A stretch of DNA of 64,000 nucleotides from Escherichia phage mobillu: the sequence record MN850622.1; one strand, 5' to 3'. Within the stretch, counting starts at the first letter, position 1, and each line of letters starts with the position of its first letter. The notes beneath the pieces were generated by a model. That model made no database searches. It saw nothing but the letters and a program-made list of their open reading frames with translations, and was not told the DNA's origin. Below, piece after piece: positions 1 to 9,233 of the stretch. The position numbers and the translations under genes are program-made.

Positions 1-1371
1 GAACGTCCTTCAGATGTGTACAGTTGTTCTCCTAACGGCATGATGTATTATAAAGACCGTGATGGTGTAGTTCCAACTGAAATCACTAAGGTCTTTAATC
101 AACGTAAAGAACATAAAGGTTATATGCTTGCAGCTCAACGTAATGGTGAAATAATTAAAGAGGCATTGCATAATCCTAATCTTTCTGTTGACGAACCATT
201 AGATGTTGATTATCGTTTTGACTTCACTGACGAGATTAAAGAAAAGATTAAAAAGTTGTCTGCTAAATCTCTTAATGAAATGTTGTTTAGAGCTCAACGT
301 ACTGAAGTTGCAGGTATGACTGCACAAATTAACCGTAAATTGCTTATCAACTCACTTTATGGTGCACTTGGCAACGTTTGGTTCCGTTATTATGATTTGC
401 GTAATGCTACTGCAATCACAACATTCGGGCAAATGGCTTTACAGTGGATTGAACGTAAAGTTAATGAATATCTGAATGAAGTTTGTGGTACAGAAGGTGA
501 AGCTTTCGTTCTTTATGGTGATACAGACTCTATTTACGTATCTGCTGATAAAATTATCGATAAGGTTGGTGAATCTAAATTCCGCGATACTAACCATTGG
601 GTAGACTTCTTAGATAAGTTTGCACGTGAACGTATGGAACCAGCTATTGATAGAGGTTTCCGTGAAATGTGTGAATACATGAACAATAAACAACACTTAA
701 TGTTCATGGACCGAGAAGCTATCGCTGGTCCTCCGCTCGGTTCTAAAGGTATTGGTGGATTCTGGACTGGCAAGAAACGTTATGCATTAAACGTGTGGGA
801 TATGGAAGGCACTCGTTACGCCGAGCCTAAACTCAAAATCATGGGTCTAGAGACTCAGAAATCTTCGACCCCTAAAGCAGTACAGAAAGCTCTTAAAGAA
901 TGTATTCGTCGTATGCTTCAAGAAGGTGAAGAATCATTACAAGAATATTTTAAAGAGTTTGAAAAAGAATTCCGTCAATTGAATTATATTAGCATCGCGT
1001 CGGTATCTTCTGCGAATAACATTGCTAAATATGACGTAGGTGGATTCCCGGGTCCTAAATGCCCGTTCCATATTCGTGGAATTCTGACGTATAACCGAGC
1101 TATCAAAGGTAATATTGATGCACCACAAGTTGTAGAAGGTGAAAAAGTATATGTTCTGCCTTTACGTGAAGGAAACCCATTCGGTGATAAATGTATCGCA
1201 TGGCCTTCTGGTACTGAAATCACAGATTTAATTAAAGACGATGTACTTCATTGGATGGACTACACTGTTCTCCTTGAGAAGACATTTATTAAACCGCTTG
1301 AAGGATTCACATCAGCAGCTAAACTCGATTACGAGAAGAAAGCATCTCTGTTCGATATGTTTGATTTTTGA
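1..1371 (+). CDS. 43: DNA polymerase gp43, C-terminal portion (5' end lies outside window)
   Basis: Family-B polymerase motifs KLLINSLYGALGN (motif B) and YGDTDS (motif C); frame open to position 1; ends ...LFDMFDF as in T4/RB69-type gp43. Confidence 0.95.
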   Translation, partial: ERPSDVYSCSPNGMMYYKDRDGVVPTEITKVFNQRKEHKGYMLAAQRNGEIIKEALHNPNLSVDEPLDVDYRFDFTDEIKEKIKKLSAKSLNEMLFRAQRTEVAGMTAQINRKLLINSLYGALGNVWFRYYDLRNATAITTFGQMALQWIERKVNEYLNEVCGTEGEAFVLYGDTDSIYVSADKIIDKVGESKFRDTNHWVDFLDKFARERMEPAIDRGFREMCEYMNNKQHLMFMDREAIAGPPLGSKGIGGFWTGKKRYALNVWDMEGTRYAEPKLKIMGLETQKSSTPKAVQKALKECIRRMLQEGEESLQEYFKEFEKEFRQLNYISIASVSSANNIAKYDVGGFPGPKCPFHIRGILTYNRAIKGNIDAPQVVEGEKVYVLPLREGNPFGDKCIAWPSGTEITDLIKDDVLHWMDYTVLLEKTFIKPLEGFTSAAKLDYEKKASLFDMFDF

Positions 1372-1411
1372 TATAATGCCAAGGACGGCCAACTAATTAA
1401 ATGAGAGAAAT

Positions 1412-2047
1412 ATGAAAACTACACCAATCACTATCGCTATTGACGCAATCGTAAAACAAGCTTCATCTCTTGCCACTATGGCTAAAGTAATTAGTCAAAA
1501 CCCTGCTCGGTATAATGCTATTCTTGAAACTCTTCGTCGCCCTGGACTGAGTAATTATGAAAGTCGTGTAATTATTACAGGTGTTGGTAAGAACGCTAAT
1601 ATCGCAACTAAAGCTTCCGAGACTTTTGCTTCACTAGGTATTCCTAGCATGTATTTGAACACTGGGCATTATTCTCATGGTGACGCAGGATTTATTGCAC
1701 CTAATGATGTATTAGTTCACATCAGCCGTTCTGGTAAGACTGAAGAAATGATAGGTGTTGCTAAACATCTTCGTATGATTCGTCCTCAGGTTAAACAGAT
1801 TCTGTTACATTGTAACCCTGACATTCCACAAGAATACGAAGCCCTTTTTGATTACTCTTTCTGTACAGGCATCGCGGTAGAGGTTGATGAGAATTCTCTG
1901 GCTCCGACCATGTCCACTACATTGTTGTTAGCGCTTATCGATACGTTTGCTATCAACCTTTCGTCTGAACGTGGATTTACCTCTAATGATTTCCTTAAGT
2001 TCCATCCAGGCGGTGCACTAGGTGCCATGTTACGAGGCGAACAATGA
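1412..2047 (+). CDS. SIS-domain sugar-phosphate isomerase (arabinose-5-phosphate isomerase KdsD/GutQ-like, SIS domain only)
   Basis: SIS signatures VIITGVGKNANIATKASETFASLG and HISRSGKTEE; 211 aa; sits in the T4 imm slot between 43 and 42. Confidence 0.6.
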   Translation: MKTTPITIAIDAIVKQASSLATMAKVISQNPARYNAILETLRRPGLSNYESRVIITGVGKNANIATKASETFASLGIPSMYLNTGHYSHGDAGFIAPNDVLVHISRSGKTEEMIGVAKHLRMIRPQVKQILLHCNPDIPQEYEALFDYSFCTGIAVEVDENSLAPTMSTTLLLALIDTFAINLSSERGFTSNDFLKFHPGGALGAMLRGEQ

Positions 2048-2187
2048 AAGCAATAACAATAGGACTTTTACTATTGATGCTTGTCATGACTATCTACTGG
2101 AGCTTAACGGCTCCGGTAATGATTCCAACACTTGTAATTGGATGGATTATGATTGGTCTACAGGCAAAGTATGAATGCTTTAACTAG
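2044..2187 (+). CDS. small hydrophobic protein (47 aa, two predicted TM segments)
   Basis: ATGA overlap with upstream stop (translational coupling); strongly hydrophobic; not in ORF track (<60 aa). Confidence 0.3.
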   Translation: MKAITIGLLLLMLVMTIYWSLTAPVMIPTLVIGWIMIGLQAKYECFN

Positions 2188-2228
2188 AATAGTGTACAAT
2201 ACTCCTACTTACCAATGAGGACTTCAAC

Positions 2229-3914
2229 ATGAAAAAAGCTGTTATTCTTGGTGCTGGATTGGCAACTCGTTTGTATCCAATAACGCATCATATTCCTAAG
2301 GTGCTTGTTAACTATAAACAAGACACTATTCTGAGCAATTTGTATACAATTTATTCTGACCTTGGCGCAGATGAAATTATTGTAGTAGTTCATTCAAAAT
2401 TTGCTGAAACTGTTCGAGCTTATTGTGAGCAAGAAGGGTTCAATGTGACTATTCGTACAGTTGATGAAGCGTATGGTTCTGCTTATGCTCTTGCTAAATT
2501 ACACAAAGATTTAGACGGCCATAATGTAATTGTTAACTGGTGTGATATTATTCCCGATTTTGGTTCATGGTCTTGGAATGTTAACGCAATCTATGTTAAG
2601 GGTGACGAATGTCGATATAATTTCGACGGTGAAAATATCACTAACGTAGGTTCAACAGGTGGTAATGTTGTAGGAATTTATCAGTTCAAAGACTGGGAAT
2701 TCTATATGGGTTCTACTGATGAGGAAATTCATGAATACTGCAAAGGACGTGATTTCGTAGAATTCCTTTACGGCAGCGCATTCAATAAATCAGAGCTTAT
2801 GAATATAATTGATTTAGGTGATATGCCTAAACTTGAAAAGGCTCATGAAGTTCGTGAACTTAATCGTAGTTTTAATGCAGTTGAAATTGGTGAAGAAACT
2901 GTAACTAAATTCGCATTAACCGAACAGGGACGAGCTCTTCAGAAAGATGAGATTTCGTGGTATTTGAAAGTGAAATCAGATTCAGTTCCTCAGTTAGTTT
3001 CTGTTAATGAAAATAACTTTGAAATGGAACGCATTAAAGGTAAGCCGGCATTTGAATATATTAAATCAAAATCAAGTCTTGCTCGTCCACAAATTATTGA
3101 TGCAATTTTAGATGCACTGAAATTCAGCACAGACACTTATTTTGTAAGTCCTGAAACTGTTCGTCGTGATTTCACTAAAGAATTCTATACGAAAGTTATT
3201 GATCGTTGTGAAAGCATTCAACCATTGATTGATTCATTTGGTAAAATCACACATGTGAACTACACTAAGATTGGACGTCTGAAGCCAATGCTGAAACAAG
3301 CTTTAGAACACCTTATTCGTTATCATAACCGTTCTCAGGGACAGTACTCTGTTATTCATGGTGACCCGAACTTCAGTAATACTATGATTACTGATAACGG
3401 CGAAGTCAAGTTTATCGACCCTCGTGGATATTTTGGCGAAACCAAGATTTACGGGCCAAAATTGTATGATGAAGCTAAAGTGCTTTATGCTGTTTCAGGT
3501 TATGATGAATTCAATGCTAATCCGACCTGGGGACAGTTTACTATTGATGAAACAACTTGTAATGTGACTATTAACATCAATCCATTAGTTTACAAATATG
3601 GAAAGATGAGTTCGTTTAACGAGTATCATCATTTGGCTGTAGCAATTATCTGGATTGCATTAGGTGGTTATTTCAAGAATAATCCACTTAAAGCGGTAGC
3701 CGCATATTATAAAGGTATGGAACTTCTGACTAAGCAATTACGTAACATGGGCCGTGTACTTCAAGACGGCTCTATTAGTTATGACGTAGCAGAACCTGTA
3801 ACGGCTACTCTGATTACAAAAAATCCTGGTAAATGGGTACTAACTGATAAAGAAACTGGTGTTTCCTATCGTCCAATCGGTGGCGATATCACTCATCAAT
3901 GGGAACGAATCTAA
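2229..3914 (+). CDS. bifunctional sugar-phosphate nucleotidyltransferase / phosphotransferase (APH or choline-kinase-like kinase domain)
   Basis: N-terminus MKKAVILGAGLATRLYPIT has the GxGxRL motif of sugar-1-P nucleotidyltransferases; C-terminal HGDPNFSNTMI plus IDPRG resemble the Brenner motif and DxG of APH/choline-kinase fold. Confidence 0.6.
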   Translation: MKKAVILGAGLATRLYPITHHIPKVLVNYKQDTILSNLYTIYSDLGADEIIVVVHSKFAETVRAYCEQEGFNVTIRTVDEAYGSAYALAKLHKDLDGHNVIVNWCDIIPDFGSWSWNVNAIYVKGDECRYNFDGENITNVGSTGGNVVGIYQFKDWEFYMGSTDEEIHEYCKGRDFVEFLYGSAFNKSELMNIIDLGDMPKLEKAHEVRELNRSFNAVEIGEETVTKFALTEQGRALQKDEISWYLKVKSDSVPQLVSVNENNFEMERIKGKPAFEYIKSKSSLARPQIIDAILDALKFSTDTYFVSPETVRRDFTKEFYTKVIDRCESIQPLIDSFGKITHVNYTKIGRLKPMLKQALEHLIRYHNRSQGQYSVIHGDPNFSNTMITDNGEVKFIDPRGYFGETKIYGPKLYDEAKVLYAVSGYDEFNANPTWGQFTIDETTCNVTININPLVYKYGKMSSFNEYHHLAVAIIWIALGGYFKNNPLKAVAAYYKGMELLTKQLRNMGRVLQDGSISYDVAEPVTATLITKNPGKWVLTDKETGVSYRPIGGDITHQWERI

Positions 3915-4300
3915 TGCACCGTGTAGAAAACATGCTTAATCTTTGTTTTGATGTCGATGATTGTATAACAGAGTGGAATAACAATCGTGATTACGTGAAC
4001 TTCAAACCAGACGTCGAAATGGTGTCTGCCATTAATGCCCTGTATGATGCAGGGCATACCATAACGCTTTACACTGCTCGCGGTATGAAGTCAGTAGGTC
4101 CTGGTCGTATAGCAATTGACATTCTCCCAAGTCTGATTCAGAACTTGGCAAACATTGGCTTGAAGTACCATAATTTGCTAACACATAAACCAGTATATGA
4201 TTGGATTATCGACGACAAAGCTATGCGTCCTGACGAATTCAAAGCTCTTATGAATAAAGGCGAATTCGAAACATTTAAATCATATAAACCAAATCTATAA
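3914..4300 (+). CDS. HAD-superfamily-like small phosphatase
   Basis: N-terminal FDVDDCIT (DxD-type motif I) and C-terminal WIIDDKA (motif IV-like); TAATG overlap with upstream gene; alternative in-frame start at 3899. Confidence 0.45.
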   Translation: MHRVENMLNLCFDVDDCITEWNNNRDYVNFKPDVEMVSAINALYDAGHTITLYTARGMKSVGPGRIAIDILPSLIQNLANIGLKYHNLLTHKPVYDWIIDDKAMRPDEFKALMNKGEFETFKSYKPNL

Positions 4301-4357
4301 TAATTTAAGTAAGACCTGCAAAAACCATCGCATCAATTAACGTGAGATGCAAAAAAA

Positions 4358-5518
4358 ATGAATACTTTTAAAATCGGAACGAATTTTGATTTAGCTCTTC
4401 TTGATAAAATCGTAGAGCTCAATAAAACTTATCCTAATAGCTTGATAAACGAAGTATACGGCTCTACAAGAGAAATGGCTTTTGTAGCAGCCAGACCTGA
4501 TTTTAGGCTTCCTGACGTTGACAAAAAGATGTTAGAAGATTACGTTAAACGTTGTAACGAATTAGGTATTTGCTTTAACTATACACTCAACACGATAAAT
4601 CCTGGTTCAAAAAGAGAACTAGTTGAGTGGAAGAAGAAAGCTATTCAGGATTATGTTCAGTATCTTTGGTCAATAGGCGTATGGCGTATTACTATCGCTA
4701 ACCCTGTTGTTATGGAAATTGTTCGTGAAGTCAATAAAGACATTGAGATTGAAGTTTCAACAATTCTACATGTCGATGCTGTAACTCAAATCAAATACTT
4801 GCATGACCAGTATAATATCAAAAAGGTCTGCTGTGGAATTCATAAGAACCGTTCAGTTTCTTTCCTGAAGCGTGCAGCAGAGTTTTGCAATAAGAACAAT
4901 ATAATATTTGAAGTTCTTGTAAATGAGTTCTGTTCTAATGCTGGTAAAGGGTATACAACACATTGTAGCTATCGTGACTCTTGCTATATTTTCCATAGTA
5001 CTGATGTTACAGCTGATGATGCTAAATCCTTAAACGGATATCCTATGCAGCACTGTATTAAAGCTCGTGATACAGACCCATTTAACTGGTTGAGAACTCG
5101 TTTTGTTCGTCCTCAAGATTTGAAACTTTATAATGATATTGGTATCACTCAATTCAAAGTTTCAGGACGTACAGGTAGCACAGACTACATTTTGAAAGTT
5201 CTTGAAGCATACGCTTCTGAAAAGTTTGAAGGTAATTTGTTAGAACTGTGGAAGCCTTTAGAGACTATTTTCACTCTTGAAAATGAGACCGAGTTTTCAC
5301 ATACGGTAAATATTGAAACCTCTTTGTTAGATGGCTTTTTAGAAAAAAGGTGGTTCAGACATCCAGATTTCGATTGTGCTAATGAAATCTGCGGGACGAC
5401 GTGTACATATTGTGAAAGATATTATAAACGTCAGTTATCTAAAAATGGGTTATCAGAAAATTCTATATCTATTATTGATATAACTAACTCTGATGACGCT
5501 TTGAGGTACCCAGAATGA
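4358..5518 (+). CDS. hypothetical protein, possible peptidase-U32-like fold
   Basis: 386-aa ORF with RBS; Cys-containing segment EFCSNAGKGYTTHCSYRDSC loosely resembles the U32 family signature; assignment tentative. Confidence 0.35.
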   Translation: MNTFKIGTNFDLALLDKIVELNKTYPNSLINEVYGSTREMAFVAARPDFRLPDVDKKMLEDYVKRCNELGICFNYTLNTINPGSKRELVEWKKKAIQDYVQYLWSIGVWRITIANPVVMEIVREVNKDIEIEVSTILHVDAVTQIKYLHDQYNIKKVCCGIHKNRSVSFLKRAAEFCNKNNIIFEVLVNEFCSNAGKGYTTHCSYRDSCYIFHSTDVTADDAKSLNGYPMQHCIKARDTDPFNWLRTRFVRPQDLKLYNDIGITQFKVSGRTGSTDYILKVLEAYASEKFEGNLLELWKPLETIFTLENETEFSHTVNIETSLLDGFLEKRWFRHPDFDCANEICGTTCTYCERYYKRQLSKNGLSENSISIIDITNSDDALRYPE

Positions 5519-5754
5519 TTTCTAGAAAAACTTTTAACCACCAACTTAATGAAGAGATTTTGACTATGAAAATTAACAGCAACGAACAAATTCTTAAAAA
5601 GGCCCTTATGGGCCTGTTTGAAACTAAAGCGGCTAAAGTGATTAAAGGACCTGTTCAATTGGAATACTACGCTGATGCATTTCTTCATAGTGTTCTTGGA
5701 AGTATCGATGCTGAAGCTTTACGTTATATCAACATTGTCAAGAAATTCAAATAA
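5515..5754 (+). CDS. hypothetical protein (79 aa)
   Basis: ATGA overlap with upstream gene; no recognisable motif. Confidence 0.45.
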   Translation: MISRKTFNHQLNEEILTMKINSNEQILKKALMGLFETKAAKVIKGPVQLEYYADAFLHSVLGSIDAEALRYINIVKKFK

Positions 5755-5777
5755 GCTTTACGAATTGAGTATATAAT
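5753..5777 (+). promoter_or_regulatory. middle-type promoter candidate (MotA-box-like aGCTTTA plus TATAAT)
   Basis: aaGCTTTA at 5753-5760, about 11 bp spacer, TATAAT at 5772-5777, upstream of gene 42. Confidence 0.4.
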
Positions 5778-5796
5778 AAATTGTATTGAGGTAAAC

Positions 5797-6513
5797 ATGG
5801 GAAAACATAACACAATGAAATATATCAAAGCCGCAGATTTTCAAACCGCATTTAAAGCAGTCAATCGTGAAATTTTAGAAAACCCGGAATTCGTAACTGA
5901 TTCTCGTATTGGACGTTGTAATGAAATTGGGTCTATGACAGTAGTTGTTGACACTCCATCATCATTCAAAATGACCGACCCACGTATTAACCGCATCTCT
6001 TATGAATACGCCGAAGATTTCTGGAAGTTTATGATTTCTGGTGGTACCAACGCAGAAGAAGCGTTTAAGGCATATCCTAATGTCGCTAAATTTATTTCTA
6101 AACCAAAATCAGATGTTTTGCCGGCGAACTTCAACACTTTCTACGGTCCTCGCATTGCGGCCCAATTACCAGCTCTTCTAAAAGAACTTAAAGAGAAGCC
6201 TAACTCCCGAAGAGTTGTGTTCCAAATTCTAGAAAGTTCTGATCAGGCTTTGCTTGATTCAGACGAAACGCTTGAATATCCATGTACTGACTCAGTGACT
6301 TATTATATTCGTGATGGTAAGCTTTATACCCACTGTCATATGCGTTCTCAGAACTGTGCTGTTGTTATGCAGTTGGATTTTTATCTCCAAGGAAAATTAC
6401 TTCATTATATCGCTAACGAATGTGGTGTAGAAGTTGGTGATTATACTCATACCATGGTAAGTGCCCATGTGTTTGAACGTGATTTTGATTATGTTAAAGG
6501 ATTCCTTGACTAA
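5797..6513 (+). CDS. 42: dCMP hydroxymethylase (thymidylate-synthase fold)
   Basis: Matches remembered T4 gp42 blocks: PNSRRVVFQI, YPCTDSVTYYIRDGKLYTHCHMRSQN, VSAHVFERDF; position between uvsX and 43 as in T4. Confidence 0.85.
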   Translation: MGKHNTMKYIKAADFQTAFKAVNREILENPEFVTDSRIGRCNEIGSMTVVVDTPSSFKMTDPRINRISYEYAEDFWKFMISGGTNAEEAFKAYPNVAKFISKPKSDVLPANFNTFYGPRIAAQLPALLKELKEKPNSRRVVFQILESSDQALLDSDETLEYPCTDSVTYYIRDGKLYTHCHMRSQNCAVVMQLDFYLQGKLLHYIANECGVEVGDYTHTMVSAHVFERDFDYVKGFLD

Positions 6514-7412
6514 TGGCTATTTTCCGCGTACCAATCTTGAGTATGCGGTCTTATGAAACTGGACAGTATGCTATCCTTAAGGATGGCAACTTCCAACTTC
6601 ATTTGCACCGTGCTAATCCAGGTGATGTGATTACATATCCACGTAATGCATCTGATATTAAAGAATGCGAACGTCTTTTCCCAGAATTTAAGTTTGTTCC
6701 ATTATGGTATAAAGATAACGCGTATAACACTCGTAAATATTTCTGGTCTGAAAATGAATTTGTGGTTGATTCATTAATTGCTTATTATGATTGTGATTTT
6801 CTAATCACAGATATCACCGGATATGACGGTGCTTTTGATGTAGAATTCAATTTCAATATCACTGCAGACCCTAATAAACCACGTTTTTATATTGACGAAT
6901 TCTTAAAAACCGACATGTTGTCGGTTAATCGTTCACTTCAAACTACTGTGTTGAACGAACGTCAAAAAGAAGTGCTGGTTAACGCAGGTGCAGATGGTAA
7001 TAAGATTATCGTAACGCAGAAAGTTATACGTCCTTCCATCATGCAGCGTCTTGTAGGTGATTTGGCTCCTATTCATCTAGATGGTATTTTTCATCCATTT
7101 CGAATTAGCGACCCGTGCTATCGTTTTGAACAAGTGGTTGAATGTGCAATTCAATTAGGCCAACCGCTTTATATAACCGATCCAAATAATAGCTTCGACA
7201 GAAATAAGTATCCTGAAGAAGCGCTGATTCGAATTTTTAAACCAACTAAAACTGAGTACTATCAAATTCTTAAAGGACGTCCGAAAATTCAATATTTCGA
7301 AAATCCTGAAGAAGTATTCCATCCAGGTCTTGGTGAGTTCATCTACTTTAATGCTTTAATTTCTTCGCCGTATAATATACCTAAATATGAAGATGTCGTA
7401 ATCGAGGAATAA
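6513..7412 (+). CDS. hypothetical protein (299 aa) occupying the T4 beta-glucosyltransferase slot
   Basis: TAATG overlap with gene 42; no recognisable motif; positional replacement of beta-gt. Confidence 0.5.
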   Translation: MAIFRVPILSMRSYETGQYAILKDGNFQLHLHRANPGDVITYPRNASDIKECERLFPEFKFVPLWYKDNAYNTRKYFWSENEFVVDSLIAYYDCDFLITDITGYDGAFDVEFNFNITADPNKPRFYIDEFLKTDMLSVNRSLQTTVLNERQKEVLVNAGADGNKIIVTQKVIRPSIMQRLVGDLAPIHLDGIFHPFRISDPCYRFEQVVECAIQLGQPLYITDPNNSFDRNKYPEEALIRIFKPTKTEYYQILKGRPKIQYFENPEEVFHPGLGEFIYFNALISSPYNIPKYEDVVIEE

Positions 7413-7413
7413 A

Positions 7414-7962
7414 ATGGCTAAAATTATTTTAGTAGATGGCCCAGATAATGCTGGTAAAACAACTTTCATTAATGACATAATGGAAATTAGTGAAAGATAT
7501 GTAAAGATTGATTTCCCTAAACGAACAGTTGATGGGCGTTTCGATGTTAAGTCTCGAAATGAAGTTGGCTGCTTCGAAACGATGTTGAATTATTTAGACC
7601 CTACTAAGATTTATCTGTTAGACCGTGGATATATTAGTAACTGGGTTTATGGACGTATTCGACAAGATGCGGACTCGGTTCTTGACGTTTATGAACAGGA
7701 TTATGTTCGTCTTTGCCAAAACCATGATGTGTTCACAATTATTTTAACACGTAACGAAATGACTGAAAGTTTTGAAGACGACCTTATTACTTTGTCTTCA
7801 TTCGGTTTTAATACAGTCATTTCACATTTTGAAGAGTTTGCAATTCATAACAAAATCCAAACGTATCAATTACTTAATCATGATGGTGCTAACAAAGTTA
7901 TAGGATTTAATGCAAGCGAACGTAATTATTTGATTACAGAAATTATCAAATGGGCTCGTTAA
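7414..7962 (+). CDS. P-loop kinase, thymidylate-kinase-like (dNMP/nucleoside kinase fold)
   Basis: P-loop IILVDGPDNAGKTTF and DR-motif LLDRGYISNWVYG resemble Tmk family. Confidence 0.5.
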   Translation: MAKIILVDGPDNAGKTTFINDIMEISERYVKIDFPKRTVDGRFDVKSRNEVGCFETMLNYLDPTKIYLLDRGYISNWVYGRIRQDADSVLDVYEQDYVRLCQNHDVFTIILTRNEMTESFEDDLITLSSFGFNTVISHFEEFAIHNKIQTYQLLNHDGANKVIGFNASERNYLITEIIKWAR

Positions 7963-7982
7963 GAGCCATTTAAAGTTTTAAA

Positions 7983-8008
7983 TGCTGTATAACCCTTAGT
8001 ATATAATC
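7983..8008 (+). promoter_or_regulatory. middle promoter candidate for uvsX
   Basis: MotA-box-like aaaTGCTGTA at 7981-7989, 13 bp spacer, TATAAT at 8003-8008. Confidence 0.45.
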
Positions 8009-8060
8009 ATCTTATCTTTTAAACATGAGTAAAATATAATGATGCCTATGGAAAAATACA

Positions 8061-9233
8061 ATGTCTGATTTAAAATCTCGTTTGATTAAAGCTTCTACTT
8101 CTAAAATGACTGCAGACTTGACTAAGTCTAAGCTGTTTAATAATCGCGATGAAGTCCCTACTCGTATTCCAATGTTGAATATTGCACTAGGTGGTGCACT
8201 GAATGCCGGGTTGCAATCAGGCTTGACTATTTTTGCTGCTCCTTCTAAACACTTTAAAACGTTGTTTGGACTGACCATGGTTGCAGCATATATGAAGAAA
8301 TATAAAGATGCAATCTGTTTGTTTTATGACTCAGAATTCGGTGCTTCGGAATCTTATTTTCGTTCAATGGGTGTTGATTTAGACCGTGTAGTTCATACTC
8401 CGATTCAATCGGTCGAACAACTTAAGGTTGATATGACTAATCAGCTTGACGCGATTGAACGCGGTGATAAAGTTATTATCTTTATTGACTCGATTGGTAA
8501 TACTGCATCTAAGAAAGAAACCGAAGATGCATTGAACGAGAAAGTTGTAGGTGATATGTCTCGTGCTAAGGCACTTAAATCTCTGTTCCGCATTGTGACC
8601 CCGTATCTGACTATTAAAGATATTCCGTGTGTTGCAATTAACCATACAGCAATGGAAATCGGCGGATTGTATCCTAAAGAGATTATGGGCGGTGGTACAG
8701 GTATTCTTTATTCTGCCAACACGGTATTTTTTATCTCTAAACGTCAGGTTAAAGAAGGTACAGAATTGACCGGTTATGACTTCACGTTGAAAGCAGAAAA
8801 ATCTCGCACAGTTAAAGAGAAATCTACTTTCCCGATCACGGTTAATTTTGATGGCGGTATTGACCCATTCAGTGGCTTGTTAGAAATGGCAACTGAAATT
8901 GGTTTTGTAGTTAAGCCTAAAGCTGGTTGGTATGCTCGTGAATTCCTTGACGAAGAAACAGGTGAAATGATTCGTGAAGAAAAATCATGGCGTGCTAAAG
9001 CTACTGATTGTGTAGAATTCTGGGGACCTTTGTTTAAACACAAACCTTTCCGAGATGCAATTGAAACTAAATATAAACTAGGTGCTATCTCTTCTATTAA
9101 AGAAGTTGATGACGCTGTTAACGACCTTATTAATTGCAAAGCAACAACTAAAGTTCCGGTTAAAACTTCTGATGCTCCATCTGCAGCAGATATAGAAAAC
9201 GACCTTGACGAAATGGAAGATTTCGATGAATAA
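8061..9233 (+). CDS. uvsX: UvsX recombinase (RecA-like)
   Basis: Near-identical to remembered T4 UvsX (MSDLKSRLIKASTSK..., Walker A region, C-terminal acidic tail). Confidence 0.97.
   Translation: MSDLKSRLIKASTSKMTADLTKSKLFNNRDEVPTRIPMLNIALGGALNAGLQSGLTIFAAPSKHFKTLFGLTMVAAYMKKYKDAICLFYDSEFGASESYFRSMGVDLDRVVHTPIQSVEQLKVDMTNQLDAIERGDKVIIFIDSIGNTASKKETEDALNEKVVGDMSRAKALKSLFRIVTPYLTIKDIPCVAINHTAMEIGGLYPKEIMGGGTGILYSANTVFFISKRQVKEGTELTGYDFTLKAEKSRTVKEKSTFPITVNFDGGIDPFSGLLEMATEIGFVVKPKAGWYAREFLDEETGEMIREEKSWRAKATDCVEFWGPLFKHKPFRDAIETKYKLGAISSIKEVDDAVNDLINCKATTKVPVKTSDAPSAADIENDLDEMEDFDE

Noticed and set aside
534-1223. Minus-strand ORFs (534..773, 937..1128, 984..1223) inside the DNA polymerase gene
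   Set aside because: Fully embedded antisense to a gene with unambiguous polymerase motifs; no RBS or promoter; treated as chance ORFs.
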